DNA of 64,000 nucleotides from Alphaproteobacteria bacterium (GCA_028280665.1 JANQLJ010000133.1:9901-73900); one strand, 5' to 3'. Positions 50,364 to 61,079 are shown, numbered from the stretch's first letter. A program made the numbers and translations. Notes: generated by a model from the sequence alone, not told the origin.

Positions 50364-50741
50364 ATGAAACTGCAATCCCTCGAAGCGCTGGCCCTTTGGT
50401 CCGACGTGGTGACGAACATCGTGCGCCAGGACGGCCATGACCTCTCCCAGCGCCAGCTTGGGCTTTTGCTTGCGGTCTATTTAACGCCGCCCCCGCATAC
50501 GGTGCGCGGCATGGCCGGGCGGCTTAACGTTTCAAAACCGGCGATTACCCGCGCGCTCGATACGCTTTCCATTATGGGGCTGGTCAAGCGCAAGCGCGAT
50601 CCGGCGGACAAGCGCAACGTGCTGATCCAGCGGACGGTCAAGGGCTCCATGTATTTGAGCGACCTTTCGGACCAGATCACCGCCGCCGCCGCCCGGCTGG
50701 ACGCCGAGCCGCGGCTTACGCTTCTTAAAACCGCCGGCTGA
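50364..50741 (+). CDS. MarR-family transcriptional regulator
   Basis: 125 aa wHTH ...HTVRGMAGRLNVSKPAITRALDTLSIMGLVKRKRDPADKRNVLIQRT... Confidence 0.7.
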   Translation: MKLQSLEALALWSDVVTNIVRQDGHDLSQRQLGLLLAVYLTPPPHTVRGMAGRLNVSKPAITRALDTLSIMGLVKRKRDPADKRNVLIQRTVKGSMYLSDLSDQITAAAARLDAEPRLTLLKTAG

Positions 50742-52373
50742 TTATGTCCCTACCGCGCCGCCCGAGGCCGCTTCAAGCTCAAAGGCGGCGGCCATAAGCG
50801 CTTTCGTATAAGCATCCCGCGGCGCATCGAAAACCCGCGCGGCGGGGCCCGCTTCCACAACCCGCCCGTCCTTCATGACAATAATATCGTCCGCAAGGGC
50901 GCGCACGATTTTGAGATCATGACTGATAAAGAGATAGGCAAGCCCGTGCCGCGTCTGCAGATCGCGCAACAGCTCCACGATTTGCGCCTGGACCGACATA
51001 TCGAGCGCGCTGGTAGGCTCGTCCAGCATCACGAACCGGGGTTTCAGGATCATGGCGCGCGCAATGGCAATGCGCTGGCGCTGGCCGCCGGAAAATTCAT
51101 GGGGGTAGCGGTCCATCATGGAAGGCTCCAGCCCCACTTCTTCAAGGGCCTCAGCAATCCGCGCGCGCCGCTCGTCCTTTGCGGGCGCAAGCCCATGCAC
51201 ATCGAGCCCCTCGGCGACGATGTCGCCCACGGACATGCGCGGCGAAAGCGAGCCAAACGGGTCTTGAAAGACGATTTGCATTTTGCGGCGAAGGGGGCGC
51301 AGAGCGCGCGGGCGAAAGCTATCGATCTCGGCACCTTCAAACCGGATCGCGCCTTTAGATGCCGTAAGCCGCAACAGCGCCTGGCCCAAGGTGGTTTTGC
51401 CCGAACCGCTTTCGCCCACGATCCCAAGCGTGTGCCCGGCCTTAAGCTCCAATGACAGCCCGTCCACCGCCTTTACGTGACCCACCGTGCGGCGCAGAAG
51501 CCCCGCACGCATGGGAAACCACACTTTCAAATCCTCGGCGGCGATCATGACATCCGCGTCGTCTGGCTTGGCCGCCGGTTCCCCTTTCGGTTCCGCCGCG
51601 ATCAGATGCCTGGTGTAGTCGTGAGCCGGGTTTGAGAGAACCTTCGCCGTCTCCCCACGCTCGACGATCCCCCCGTCTTTCATAACGCACACTTGCGGTG
51701 CCATTTTGCGCACCACACCCAGGTCATGAGTGATGAGCAGCATGGCCATGCCCATTTCGGCTTGCAGCGCAGCCAGCAATTCAAGGATTTGCGCCTGGAT
51801 CGTCACATCGAGGGCGGTGGTGGGCTCATCAGCGATGAGAATGTCCGGCTCGTTGGCAAGCGCCATGGCAATCATCACCCGCTGGCGCTGGCCGCCCGAT
51901 AGTTGATGCGGATAGGCGCCCAGGCGGTCTTCCGCATCCTGAAGGCCGACCTTTTGAAGCAGCTCAAGCGTGCGCGTGCGCGCCGCCGCCCTGGGCAATC
52001 CCTGATGGAGTTCCAAAATCTCACCCACCTGGCGCTCGATGGTATGCAGCGGATTGAGCGAACTCATGGGCTCTTGAAAGATCATGGAAATGCGGTTGCC
52101 GCGCACGCCGCGCAGCGTGCTTTCATCGGCGCCCACCATTTCCTGGCCCTGAAACTTGATGGAACCCGCGGGGTGGCTGGCCGCCGGATAAGGCAGAAGC
52201 TGCAGGACGGAAAGCGCCGTTGTCGATTTACCCGAACCGCTTTCCCCCACAAGCGCCAAGGTCTTGCCCCGTTCGAGCGCGAAGGAAACACCCTCCACCA
52301 CGGTTTCCCGAACCCCGTCCACCTGAAAGGCGATGGCGAGGTCCTTCACTTCAAGCAGCGGCGCGCCGGTCAT
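50742..52373 (-). CDS. yejF: ABC transporter ATP-binding protein with two fused ATPase domains (YejF-like, peptide/opine/nickel importer type)
   Basis: Two Walker A motifs (GESGSGKST; GESGSGKTT) and two LSGGQRQR signatures. Start [12 protein letters not shown] at 52373 overlaps the yejE stop (ATGA). Confidence 0.85.
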   Translation of the reverse strand: MTGAPLLEVKDLAIAFQVDGVRETVVEGVSFALERGKTLALVGESGSGKSTTALSVLQLLPYPAASHPAGSIKFQGQEMVGADESTLRGVRGNRISMIFQEPMSSLNPLHTIERQVGEILELHQGLPRAAARTRTLELLQKVGLQDAEDRLGAYPHQLSGGQRQRVMIAMALANEPDILIADEPTTALDVTIQAQILELLAALQAEMGMAMLLITHDLGVVRKMAPQVCVMKDGGIVERGETAKVLSNPAHDYTRHLIAAEPKGEPAAKPDDADVMIAAEDLKVWFPMRAGLLRRTVGHVKAVDGLSLELKAGHTLGIVGESGSGKTTLGQALLRLTASKGAIRFEGAEIDSFRPRALRPLRRKMQIVFQDPFGSLSPRMSVGDIVAEGLDVHGLAPAKDERRARIAEALEEVGLEPSMMDRYPHEFSGGQRQRIAIARAMILKPRFVMLDEPTSALDMSVQAQIVELLRDLQTRHGLAYLFISHDLKIVRALADDIIVMKDGRVVEAGPAARVFDAPRDAYTKALMAAAFELEAASGGAVGT

Positions 52374-53422
52374 GCCTCGCCTCCCGGCATTTTGCGCGGA
52401 TCGAACGCATCGCGCACCGCTTCGCCAATGAAAATCAGCAGACTGAGCATGGTGGCGATCACAAAGAACGCGGTGATGCCGAGCCACGGGGCCTGTAGAT
52501 TGTTCTTGCCTTGCTGCAAGAGCTCGCCCAGCGACGGCGCCCCCGGCGGCAGGCCGAAGCCGAGAAAATCGAGTGAGGTGAGCGTGGCGATGGAGCCGTT
52601 CAAGATGAACGGCAAAAAAGTAAGCGTCGCCACCATGGCGTTCGGTAGCACGTGCCGGGCCATCACGCGCACATGGCCCATGCCAAGGGCACGCGCGGCC
52701 TTCACATATTCAAAGTTCCGTCCCCGGAGGAATTCCGCGCGCACCACGCCCACCAGCGCCACCCATGAGAACAAGAGCAATATAAAAAGCAGAATGAAAA
52801 AACTGGGGATCAGCACCGACGAGACGATAATGATCACATAAAGCGCGGGGATCGCGGTCCAAATCTCGATAAAGCGCTGGAAGACAAGATCGGTCCAACC
52901 ACCGAAATAACCTTGCACCGCGCCCGCGCTGACGCCGATGAACGCGGACGCAAGAGTCAGTGTCAAGCCAAAGAGCACCGAAAGCCGGAACCCGTATATG
53001 GCCCGCGCCAGCACGTCGCGCTGCTGATCGTCAGTACCAAGAAGGTTTTGCGCATCCGGCGGCGCGGGCGCGGGCACGTCCTTGTCGCGAATGATGGTGT
53101 CGTGGCTATAACGGATGGGCGGCCAGACCATCCAACCACGCTCGCTGATAAGATCGCGCACAAAAGGATCGGTGTAATCCGCTTCGGTTTCGAAAAAGCC
53201 GCCGAATTTGGTTTCGGGATAACTGACAAAAACCGGCGCGAGCAATCCGCCTTCGTACCAGGCAAGGATCGGCTTGTCGTTGGCGAGCAGTTCGGCAAAG
53301 AGCGAGAGCCCGAACAGTCCTATAAAAAGGATCAGCGCGACAGCGCCGCGGCGGTTGGCGCGGAAGTTTGCGAGGCGCCGCTTGTTGATGGGCGAAAGAT
53401 CTGCGCCGAACCAGTCCCGCAT
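52370..53422 (-). CDS. yejE: ABC transporter permease (YejE-like)
   Basis: Multi-TM BPD-transporter permease. Start chosen at MRDWFGADLSPINKRRL (53422) to avoid a 60-nt overlap with yejB. Confidence 0.7.
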   Translation of the reverse strand: MRDWFGADLSPINKRRLANFRANRRGAVALILFIGLFGLSLFAELLANDKPILAWYEGGLLAPVFVSYPETKFGGFFETEADYTDPFVRDLISERGWMVWPPIRYSHDTIIRDKDVPAPAPPDAQNLLGTDDQQRDVLARAIYGFRLSVLFGLTLTLASAFIGVSAGAVQGYFGGWTDLVFQRFIEIWTAIPALYVIIIVSSVLIPSFFILLFILLLFSWVALVGVVRAEFLRGRNFEYVKAARALGMGHVRVMARHVLPNAMVATLTFLPFILNGSIATLTSLDFLGFGLPPGAPSLGELLQQGKNNLQAPWLGITAFFVIATMLSLLIFIGEAVRDAFDPRKMPGGEA

Positions 53423-53426
53423 TACC

Positions 53427-54542
53427 TCATGCCTCGCGCGCTTCAAAGTCGATGCGCGGATCGACCCAGGTGTAGGCAATGTCCGCAAAGAGATGCACTA
53501 CAAGCCCGATCAGCGAGAAGATATAGAGCGAGCCGAACACCACTGGATAGTCGCGGTTGACGATGGATTGAAACGAGAGCAGCCCCAGCCCGTCGAGGGA
53601 AAAAATCGTTTCGATCAAGATGGAGCCGGTAAAGAAGATATGCATGAAGGCGCCGGGAAAGCCCGAGACGATCAGAATGATGGCATTGCGGAACACATGA
53701 CCGTAGAGCACTTGCTGTTCGCTAAGGCCCTTGGCGCGGGCGGTGGTCACATATTGTTTACGGATCTCATCAAGGAACGAGTTTTTCATAAGCAGCGTTA
53801 CCGTGGCAAAGCCGCTGATCACCATGGCGAGTACGGGCAAGGTAATGTGCCAGAAATAGTCCACAATCCGCGCGGGCCACGAGAGCACGGCCCAATCATC
53901 GGAAACGATTCCCCGTAAGGGGAATAGATCAAGAAACGTTCCGCCTGCGAACAAAACAATAAGCAGCACCGCGAACAAAAACCCCGGCACCGCATAACCG
54001 ACAACCACGACGGCGCTGGTCCACACATCGAACATCTGCCCGTCGCGCACCGCCTTTGCGATGCCTAAGGGAATCGAGATCAGGTAAATGAGTAATGTGG
54101 TCCAGAGCCCCAGCGAGATCGAGACGGGCATTTTTTCAAGGATCAGCCCAATCACGGATTTGTCGCGGTAAAAGCTCTCGCCCAAATCGAAACGCAAGTA
54201 ATCGCCAATCATAATGAAAAAGCGTTCGTGCGCGGGCCTGTCGAGGCCGAATTGCGCTTCAAGCTCGGCAATAAAGGCGGGGTCCAGTCCTTGCGCGCCG
54301 CGATAGCGCGAAGACCCGCTTCCCGCTTCAAGCCCGCGGGAAAGGAACTCATCACCGCCCGCCAGGTCGCCGCCCGCGCCGGAGACGCGCGCGGTGGCGC
54401 CATCATCGAGGCCGGTGAACTGCGCGATCATGCGCTCCACGGGCCCGCCCGGCGCGAACTGCACAATGGTAAAGCTAATGAGCAGGATCCCGAAAATGGT
54501 CGGGACCATTAGCAACAATCGGCGCAGGATGTAGGCAGCCAT
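53427..54542 (-). CDS. yejB: ABC transporter permease (YejB-like)
   Basis: MAAYILRRLLLMVPTIFGILLISFTIVQFAPGGPVERMIAQ, a typical DppB/YejB N-terminus. Confidence 0.8.
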   Translation of the reverse strand: MAAYILRRLLLMVPTIFGILLISFTIVQFAPGGPVERMIAQFTGLDDGATARVSGAGGDLAGGDEFLSRGLEAGSGSSRYRGAQGLDPAFIAELEAQFGLDRPAHERFFIMIGDYLRFDLGESFYRDKSVIGLILEKMPVSISLGLWTTLLIYLISIPLGIAKAVRDGQMFDVWTSAVVVVGYAVPGFLFAVLLIVLFAGGTFLDLFPLRGIVSDDWAVLSWPARIVDYFWHITLPVLAMVISGFATVTLLMKNSFLDEIRKQYVTTARAKGLSEQQVLYGHVFRNAIILIVSGFPGAFMHIFFTGSILIETIFSLDGLGLLSFQSIVNRDYPVVFGSLYIFSLIGLVVHLFADIAYTWVDPRIDFEAREA

Positions 54543-54611
54543 CAGCCCATCCGGTTAAAGACAAAGGCGGAGTGTGTCTGATGCGCGCCGCCGGGTCGAG
54601 AGGCAGGAACG

Positions 54612-55247
54612 CTAGTGCGCCCCTCCGTCATCGCCTTCGCCGGTGTGATCCATGGCGTCGTCCAAGACGTCTTCTGCTGCAGCAGGGGGTGTGGGAAGCG
54701 GGAGCGGCGCGTCGCTTTGGCTGTTGAGATAAGCGATAAGGTTCGCCCGGTTGGTGTCGCGGCGCATGCCCGCATAGCTCATGGCCGTTCCCGGCATGAA
54801 ATCGCGCGGGCTTTGAAGGAACGCGGAGAGGTTCTCGAAGGTCCAGGTGCCGCCATGGCCGCCCATGACGTTCGAGTAATTGAACCCGTCCACCGCGCCG
54901 ATGGCGCTGCCGACAATGCCCCAAAGGTTCGGGCCGATCCGCGCGGCGGCGCCCGGCGCGACCGCGTGGCAACTTCCGCAGGCGCGGAACTGGGCTTCAC
55001 CTGCCGCAGGGTCGGCGCTCGCCAGCAGGGTCGCGAAATCGGGGCGCTCCGCCGCGCCATTCGTCTCGCCATTTCCGCCATGGGTTTCGCCGTGATCGGC
55101 AGCGGCAACGGGATAGCCCATTTCCTCCACGTGCCCGGCCTTGCGCGGATTGGGATAGAGCAGATGGCTCACCTCGATGACCACAAAGCCAAAGAGCAGC
55201 GTGCCCAAAACGGCGCCAGCGATCTTGTTGAACGTAAACCCATCCAT
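54612..55247 (-). CDS. membrane-anchored cytochrome c (CycM-like)
   Basis: N-terminal TM FNKIAGAVLGTLLFGFVVIEV; heme motif CGSCH; Met ligand region PGTAMSYAGM. Track's 52-codon N-terminal extension rejected. Confidence 0.7.
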   Translation of the reverse strand: MDGFTFNKIAGAVLGTLLFGFVVIEVSHLLYPNPRKAGHVEEMGYPVAAADHGETHGGNGETNGAAERPDFATLLASADPAAGEAQFRACGSCHAVAPGAAARIGPNLWGIVGSAIGAVDGFNYSNVMGGHGGTWTFENLSAFLQSPRDFMPGTAMSYAGMRRDTNRANLIAYLNSQSDAPLPLPTPPAAAEDVLDDAMDHTGEGDDGGAH

Positions 55248-55498
55248 CCCCTGAACTCCTCGGCGGCGGTGCTGGTGAATAATGGCGCGGAGATTATGCG
55301 AGCCGCGCCTTGGGGCGCAAGCCTTGCCAGGCACCGGAAAAGACGCCGCGATCATAGGGAGCCGCGCCCGCGCCTTCCAAGGGGCAATCCGTCGCGGGGG
55401 CAACAGCGGGGCGGCCTCTCTTGAGCCGCCCCGCGCCCCTTAACCCCTTATGGGTCAAGCGGTTGCGCGCGGGGCCCCTCCCCGGCTAAGGAGCAGGG

Positions 55499-56236
55499 AT
55501 GGAACCCTTGATCGTTATCCCGGCCCGCATGGCCTCGACCCGCCTGCCCGGCAAGCCGCTGGCGATGATCGCGGGTGCGCCGATGATCGTGCAGGTCTGG
55601 CGCCGCGCCTGCGAGGCGGAAGTGGGCCGCGTGGTGGTGGCCGCGGCGGAGGCTGAAATCGCGGACGCGGTCGAGGCGGCGGGCGGTGAGGCGGTGCTCA
55701 CCCGCCCCGATCACCCTTCGGGCTCGGACCGGGTGTGGGAGGCGGTGAAGACGGTGGACCCCGCGGGCAAAGCACCGGCGGTGGTGAACCTGCAAGGGGA
55801 CCTGCCCACCTTGGAGCCGCAGCTCATCAGAGATTGCGCCGGTCTTCTGACCCAGGGGGCCGCCGACATCACCACGCTGGCGGCGGTCATCACCGACGAG
55901 GAGGAGCGCGTGAACCCCAATGTGACCAAGGCGGTGATCTCCCTGCCCGAGGGCGCCGCCCACGGCCGCGCGCTCTATTTCACGCGCACGGCGGCCCCTT
56001 CGGGCGAAGGGCCACTCTATCATCACATCGGAATCTACGCCTTTCGCCGCGAGGCGCTTGAGCGCTTTGTGGCGCTGCCCCCCTCGCCGCTTGAAACCCG
56101 GGAGAAGCTCGAACAATTGCGCGCCCTCGAAGCGGGCATGCGCATTGACGTGGCGGTGGTGGACACCGTTCCCTTGGGCGTCGATACGCCCGAGGACCTC
56201 ACGCGCGCGCGCGCCGTATTGGGAGAGGGATCATGA
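55499..56236 (+). CDS. kdsB: 3-deoxy-manno-octulosonate cytidylyltransferase (CMP-KDO synthetase)
   Basis: [34 protein letters not shown]; 4-nt overlap with pheA. Confidence 0.85.
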   Translation: MEPLIVIPARMASTRLPGKPLAMIAGAPMIVQVWRRACEAEVGRVVVAAAEAEIADAVEAAGGEAVLTRPDHPSGSDRVWEAVKTVDPAGKAPAVVNLQGDLPTLEPQLIRDCAGLLTQGAADITTLAAVITDEEERVNPNVTKAVISLPEGAAHGRALYFTRTAAPSGEGPLYHHIGIYAFRREALERFVALPPSPLETREKLEQLRALEAGMRIDVAVVDTVPLGVDTPEDLTRARAVLGEGS

Positions 56237-57075
56237 CCAAAAAGAAGATCGCCTTCCAGGGCGAGCCTGGCGCCAATTCCCACATGGCGGCCCGCGAGCA
56301 CTTTCCCGAACTCGAAGCCATGCCGTGTTACGCCTTCGAGGATGCCTTTGCCGCGGTGCGCGAAGGCACCGCCGAGCTGGCCATGATCCCCATCGAAAAC
56401 TCAGTGGCCGGGCGCGTGGCCGACATTCATCACCTGCTTCCTGAAAGCGGGCTCTTTATCATCGGCGAACGCTTCCAGCGGGTGCACCATCAGCTAATGG
56501 CGCCCAAGGGCGCAGCGCTGAAAGGGCTCGCCGCCGTGCGCAGCCATGTGATGGCGCTCGGCCAATGCCGTTCGGTCATCCAGGAACTGGGCCTTAAACG
56601 GGAGATCGCCGCCGATACCGCGGGCGCCGCGCGCGAAGTGGCGGAGCTCGGCGATCCTAAAGTCGCCGCTATCGCCTCCTCGCTTGCCGCGGAGATTTAC
56701 GGGCTGGACATTCTCAAAGCAGATGTGGAGGACGCGGCCCATAACACCACGCGCTTTGTCATCATGAGCCGGGATCACATTATCCCCGGCCAGGGCAAAG
56801 GCAAGGTGATTACCAGCTTTGTCTTCCGTGTGCGGAACGTTCCCGCTGCGCTCTACAAGGTCATGGGCGGGTTCGCCACCAACGGCGTCAACATGACCAA
56901 GCTGGAAAGCTATCAATTGGAAGGCAGCTTTAACGCGACGCAGTTCTATGCCGACATCGAAGGCCACCCGCAAGACCGGATGGTAAAGCTCGCCATGGAA
57001 GAAATGCAATTCTTCTCAACGCACCTGCAAATTATGGGGACCTACCCCGCCGACCCGTTCCGGGAAGGGGTATGA
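56233..57075 (+). CDS. pheA: prephenate dehydratase
   Basis: [12 protein letters not shown]...[10 protein letters not shown]... PDT domain plus C-terminal ACT domain. Confidence 0.85.
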   Translation: MTKKKIAFQGEPGANSHMAAREHFPELEAMPCYAFEDAFAAVREGTAELAMIPIENSVAGRVADIHHLLPESGLFIIGERFQRVHHQLMAPKGAALKGLAAVRSHVMALGQCRSVIQELGLKREIAADTAGAAREVAELGDPKVAAIASSLAAEIYGLDILKADVEDAAHNTTRFVIMSRDHIIPGQGKGKVITSFVFRVRNVPAALYKVMGGFATNGVNMTKLESYQLEGSFNATQFYADIEGHPQDRMVKLAMEEMQFFSTHLQIMGTYPADPFREGV

Positions 57076-57093
57076 CCCGTCTTCTCGTTGCCT

Positions 57094-58020
57094 CTACGAA
57101 ACCCACGCCCGCAGTAATTGATGCGCGATGGCCATGGGCGGCGGGATCATGAAGGACTTGTCGCCCCCGCCCTTAAGCGCGCGGACGATTTCATCGCGGG
57201 CAACCCAGCGCGCTTCGGCCACCTCGGTGCCGTCCACCTGGATGTCCGTTGTTTCCGCCTCGGCGATGCAGCCGATCATGAGGCTTGAAGGAAACGGCCA
57301 GGGCTGGCTTTGGATATAGCGGACGGCGCCCACCTTCACCATGGTTTCTTCCGCGATCTCCCGCCGCACCGCCTCTTCGATGGTCTCGCCCGGTTCCATG
57401 AAGCCCGCGAGCGCCGAGAACATGCCGCGCGGCCATTTGGGCCCGCGGCCGAGCAGGCAGTCGTCCCCCTGCACGGCGAGGGAGATCACCACCGGGTCCG
57501 TGCGGGGAAAGTGTTCGGCGCCGCACGAAGGGCAGCCGCGCTTGTAACCCCCATCGGCGAAGGTGGAGCCTTCGCCGCATACGGAACAAAACCTGTGCCG
57601 GTGGTGCCAATCGATCATGGACTTGCCCTGGGCGAGGATCGCCGCCTCGCGCGCATCAAGCCCCGCCGCCGCCGCACGCAGGTCCATGAACTTGCCAAGC
57701 CCCGCGAGCGGGCCTTCGTTTTCAGGATCAGAAGCGCGGTCGAGATCCACCGCGAAGTAAGAAGTGCCATCCTTCTGACCAAGGAAGATCTTCACCGCAC
57801 CATCGCTCACAAGCCCGGTGAGCGCGCCCCCGCGCAGCCACCCCACATCGAGCGGGTTAGCCGCATCGCCTGTTTCCAGCACCAACGGCTGCAGGCGCCA
57901 GAACGGCACGATCAGGGTTTCCCCATGGGCATATTGCGCCGCCACCCAGTCCGCATCGGTGCGCCGTTCCGACATGCGGTCGAGGGGGTTGTTGGCGAAG
58001 GTGTTTTGGTCGGTGGCCAT
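57094..58020 (-). CDS. nudC: NAD+ diphosphatase NudC
   Basis: Zinc ribbon CSVCGEGSTFADGGYKRGCPSCG followed by Nudix box GFMEPGETIEEAVRREIAEETMV. Start MATDQNTF chosen, giving 308 aa. Confidence 0.8.
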   Translation of the reverse strand: MATDQNTFANNPLDRMSERRTDADWVAAQYAHGETLIVPFWRLQPLVLETGDAANPLDVGWLRGGALTGLVSDGAVKIFLGQKDGTSYFAVDLDRASDPENEGPLAGLGKFMDLRAAAAGLDAREAAILAQGKSMIDWHHRHRFCSVCGEGSTFADGGYKRGCPSCGAEHFPRTDPVVISLAVQGDDCLLGRGPKWPRGMFSALAGFMEPGETIEEAVRREIAEETMVKVGAVRYIQSQPWPFPSSLMIGCIAEAETTDIQVDGTEVAEARWVARDEIVRALKGGGDKSFMIPPPMAIAHQLLRAWVS

Positions 58021-58154
58021 GGGGTCCTCGGCTTTGAACGCGCGGCGCGGCCTGTGTGCCACGGGCGCGCGGGCCCTGTCCATAAGAGGCGGATTCAGGG
58101 CAAATCGCGCCCGCCAAGCCTTGCATGCCCCCGCGCCCTTCCTGATATACTGCG

Positions 58155-58255
58155 CCTTGAGAGGTTGGCTGGACGGACCACTCGCCAACCCGGTCAGGTC
58201 CGGAAGGAAGCAGCCGTAACGAGACCGGTTCGGGTCGGTTCAGCCTCTCACCCTT
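58155..58255 (+). ncRNA. ffs: signal recognition particle RNA (4.5S, small type)
   Basis: Contains the conserved domain IV sequence GGUCAGGUCCGGAAGGAAGCAGCC. Closing helix gagagg...cctctc. Lies immediately upstream of dnaX, the conserved ffs-dnaX-ybaB-recR arrangement. Confidence 0.75.
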
Positions 58256-58320
58256 TATTTGGCACCCCTTTTGGCGCCTTCTTTCTTCCTGCCCCGCAAG
58301 GACACTTCAAAGGACCCTTT

Positions 58321-60141
58321 ATGAGCGACGACGCCGTAACGCCCGATCCTCAAGAGGAACCAGGGCTCGCGCTCGAAGGCGGTGCGATGCGGGAAGAAAG
58401 CGCCTACCGGGTGCTGGCGCGCAAGTACCGGCCGCAAACCTTTGACGACTTGATCGGCCAGGACGCCATGGTGCGGACCTTGCGCAATGCCTTCGACGCG
58501 GGCCGCATCGCGCATGCCTTTATGCTGACCGGCGTGCGCGGCATCGGGAAGACGACGACGGCGCGCATTATCGCCCGCGGGCTCAACTGCATTGGGCCGG
58601 ATGGGAACGGCGGTCCCACCATTTCCCCTTGCGGGACGTGCGAGCATTGTACGGCGATTGCCGAGAGCCGCTCGGTGGACGTTCTTGAAATGGATGCGGC
58701 CTCGCGCACCGGCATTGACGATGTGCGCGAGATTATCGAAGGCGCGCGCTATACCCCCGTTTCCGCGCGCTACAAGATCTACATCATCGACGAAGTGCAC
58801 ATGCTTTCGAAGGCCGCATTCAACGGGCTTCTGAAAACCCTTGAAGAACCGCCGGCCCATGTGAAGTTTATTTTCGCCACCACCGAGATTCGCAAAGTGC
58901 CGGTGACCGTGCTTTCGCGCTGCCAGCGCTTTGACTTAAAGCGCATCGAGGCGGAAGCGCTCATCGAATACCTGCAAGCGATTGCCGAAAAAGAAGGCGC
59001 GGCGCCGGAACGGGGCGCCCTGGGGCTGATTGCAAGGGCCGCCGAGGGCTCGGCCCGCGATGCGCTCTCCCTGCTCGACCAGGCCCTTGCCCACGGCGCG
59101 AAGGCAGAAGACGGCACGACGCTGGTCGCCGAAGACGAAGTGCGCGACATGCTCGGGCTCGCCGACCGGGCGCGGGTGCTGGATCTTCTAAACCTCGTCA
59201 TGGAAGGCGACACCGCCGGGGCGCTTAAGGAGCTTGGCGACCAGTACGAGCGCGGCGCCGACCCCATCGTGGTGCTGAACGATCTTCTCGATCTCGCCCA
59301 CTGGCTGACGCGGCTCAAAATCGTTCCGGAGGCAGATGATGACGCGACCCTGCCGCCCGAGGAAATCGGGCGCGGCAAGGAAATGGCGGACCGGCTGCCC
59401 ATCAATGTGCTCACGCGCACCTGGCAGATGCTTCTGAAAACCCTGAAAGAGGCCAAAGACGCGCCGCGCCCCCTCGCCGCCGCCGAGATGGGGATCATCC
59501 GCCTTGCCTATGCGGCGAAACTAAAAACCCCCGACGAGGTGATCCGTATGCTGGAAACGGATGCGCCTTTGCCGGACATGCCCGACCCGCCCGGCACCGG
59601 GGGAAGCGGAAGCGGTGGAGGTAGCAATACGCCTTCAGGGAGCGGCGCGCGTTCGGGCGGCCCCCGCGCGGCGGCAAAGCCCCAGCCAGTGGCAGAAGCG
59701 CAATCGATGGTCATGCTGCGCACGTACAAAGAAGTAGTGGCGCTCGCCGAACAACACCGCGACATCCGCCTCAAGACAGAGCTTGAGGATTACGTGCATC
59801 TTATCTCCTTCGAGATGGGCCGCATCGAGTTCCGCCCCGCCCCGCGCGCACCGGGCGACCTGGCGGGCCGCCTCAAGACACAGCTTGAAGGGTGGACCGG
59901 CGCAAGCTGGGCCATTTCCATCGCCAAGGAAGGCGGCGCGCCAACCATCCGCGAGGCCCGCGAGGATGAATGGGCGAAGGCGGTCACTGCCGCCAAGAAC
60001 GATCCGCTGGTGGCGGCAGCCTTCGAGGCCTTTCCCGATGCGCAGGTGGTTGACATTTTCGAAGCCCAGGACGATTTCACCTCTCCCGCGCCGGGCAATC
60101 CCGAATTCGCCCTGGGCGACGATGATGACGAAGACCTTTAG
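58321..60141 (+). CDS. dnaX: DNA polymerase III subunits gamma/tau
   Basis: MSDDAV...YRVLARKYRPQTFDDLIGQDAMVRTLRNAFDAGRIAHAFMLTGVRGIGKTTTARIIA...CGTCEHC. The 337-codon upstream extension in the track (from 57310) is antisense to nudC. Confidence 0.9.
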   Translation: MSDDAVTPDPQEEPGLALEGGAMREESAYRVLARKYRPQTFDDLIGQDAMVRTLRNAFDAGRIAHAFMLTGVRGIGKTTTARIIARGLNCIGPDGNGGPTISPCGTCEHCTAIAESRSVDVLEMDAASRTGIDDVREIIEGARYTPVSARYKIYIIDEVHMLSKAAFNGLLKTLEEPPAHVKFIFATTEIRKVPVTVLSRCQRFDLKRIEAEALIEYLQAIAEKEGAAPERGALGLIARAAEGSARDALSLLDQALAHGAKAEDGTTLVAEDEVRDMLGLADRARVLDLLNLVMEGDTAGALKELGDQYERGADPIVVLNDLLDLAHWLTRLKIVPEADDDATLPPEEIGRGKEMADRLPINVLTRTWQMLLKTLKEAKDAPRPLAAAEMGIIRLAYAAKLKTPDEVIRMLETDAPLPDMPDPPGTGGSGSGGGSNTPSGSGARSGGPRAAAKPQPVAEAQSMVMLRTYKEVVALAEQHRDIRLKTELEDYVHLISFEMGRIEFRPAPRAPGDLAGRLKTQLEGWTGASWAISIAKEGGAPTIREAREDEWAKAVTAAKNDPLVAAAFEAFPDAQVVDIFEAQDDFTSPAPGNPEFALGDDDDEDL

Positions 60142-60150
60142 GCGGTTCCC

Positions 60151-60474
60151 TTGAAAGACCTCGGCGACATGTTCAAAAAGGCCCAAGAGCTTCAAGCCAA
60201 GCTCGACGCCTTTCAGGAGGAGCTTGAAGCGCTGGAAGTGACGGGCGCCGCGGGCGGCGGGCTTGTGACGGTTACCCTTAATGGCAAGGGTTCCTTACGC
60301 CGGGTGGCGATCGATCCTTCGCTTTTGAGCGAAAGCGAACGCGAGGTGCTGGAAGACTTGCTCGTGGCCGCGCACGCCGATGCCAAAAACAAGGTCGAAG
60401 CGCGCGCCCAGGAAGAAGCGCAGAAAATGACCGGCGGCATGGGCCTGCCCCCCGGCTTCAAACTGCCGTTCTGA
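60151..60474 (+). CDS. ybaB: YbaB/EbfC nucleoid-associated protein
   Basis: [59 protein letters not shown]. Confidence 0.85.
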   Translation: MKDLGDMFKKAQELQAKLDAFQEELEALEVTGAAGGGLVTVTLNGKGSLRRVAIDPSLLSESEREVLEDLLVAAHADAKNKVEARAQEEAQKMTGGMGLPPGFKLPF

Positions 60475-60479
60475 GCCTC

Positions 60480-61079
60480 ATGTCGCCTATCTCGCCCGAA
60501 CTGCAGCGCGTGATCGACCTTCTGGCGAAACTGCCGGGGCTCGGCCCCCGGTCGGCGCGGCGGGTGGCGCTTTATCTCGTCAAGCGCAAGGACACGGCGC
60601 TGCGGCCGCTTGCCCGCGCCCTGGAAGAGGCGGCTGGCGCCATCCGCACGTGCACCACCTGCGGCAATCTCGACACCCGCGACCCCTGCACCGTTTGCGC
60701 CGACAATCGCCGCGACCCCGCAACCATTTGCGTTGTGGAGGAAGTGGGCGATCTCTGGGCGCTCGAACGCGCCGGGGTCTTCAAGGGGCGCTACCACGTG
60801 CTTGGCGGCACGCTCTCGGCGCTCGAGGGGGTAGGTCCCGGCGATCTCAACATCGCCTCGCTCATCGAACGGGCAAAACCCGATGACGTGCAAGAAGTAA
60901 TCCTGGCGGTGGACGCCACCGTGGACGGCCAAGCCACGGCCCATTACCTCAGCGATCAGCTGGCGGGCGCAGGCGTGACCATCACCCACCTGGCCCACGG
61001 GGTGCCCGTGGGCGGGGAGCTCGATTATCTCGATGAAGGAACGCTTGCCGCCGCTCTCAAGGCGCGGCGGTCTTACTGA
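60480..61079 (+). CDS. recR: recombination protein RecR
   Basis: HhH ...[14 protein letters not shown]...; C4 zinc finger [16 protein letters not shown]; Toprim domain. Confidence 0.9.
   Translation: MSPISPELQRVIDLLAKLPGLGPRSARRVALYLVKRKDTALRPLARALEEAAGAIRTCTTCGNLDTRDPCTVCADNRRDPATICVVEEVGDLWALERAGVFKGRYHVLGGTLSALEGVGPGDLNIASLIERAKPDDVQEVILAVDATVDGQATAHYLSDQLAGAGVTITHLAHGVPVGGELDYLDEGTLAAALKARRSY

Noticed and set aside
57310-58320. 337-codon N-terminal extension of the dnaX ORF
   Set aside because: Overlaps nudC on the opposite strand and the ffs RNA gene. dnaX homology begins at MSDDAV (58321).
58981-58995. gaaaaagaa run in dnaX as possible -1 frameshift site
   Set aside because: Only five A residues and not in X-XXY-YYZ register relative to the dnaX frame.
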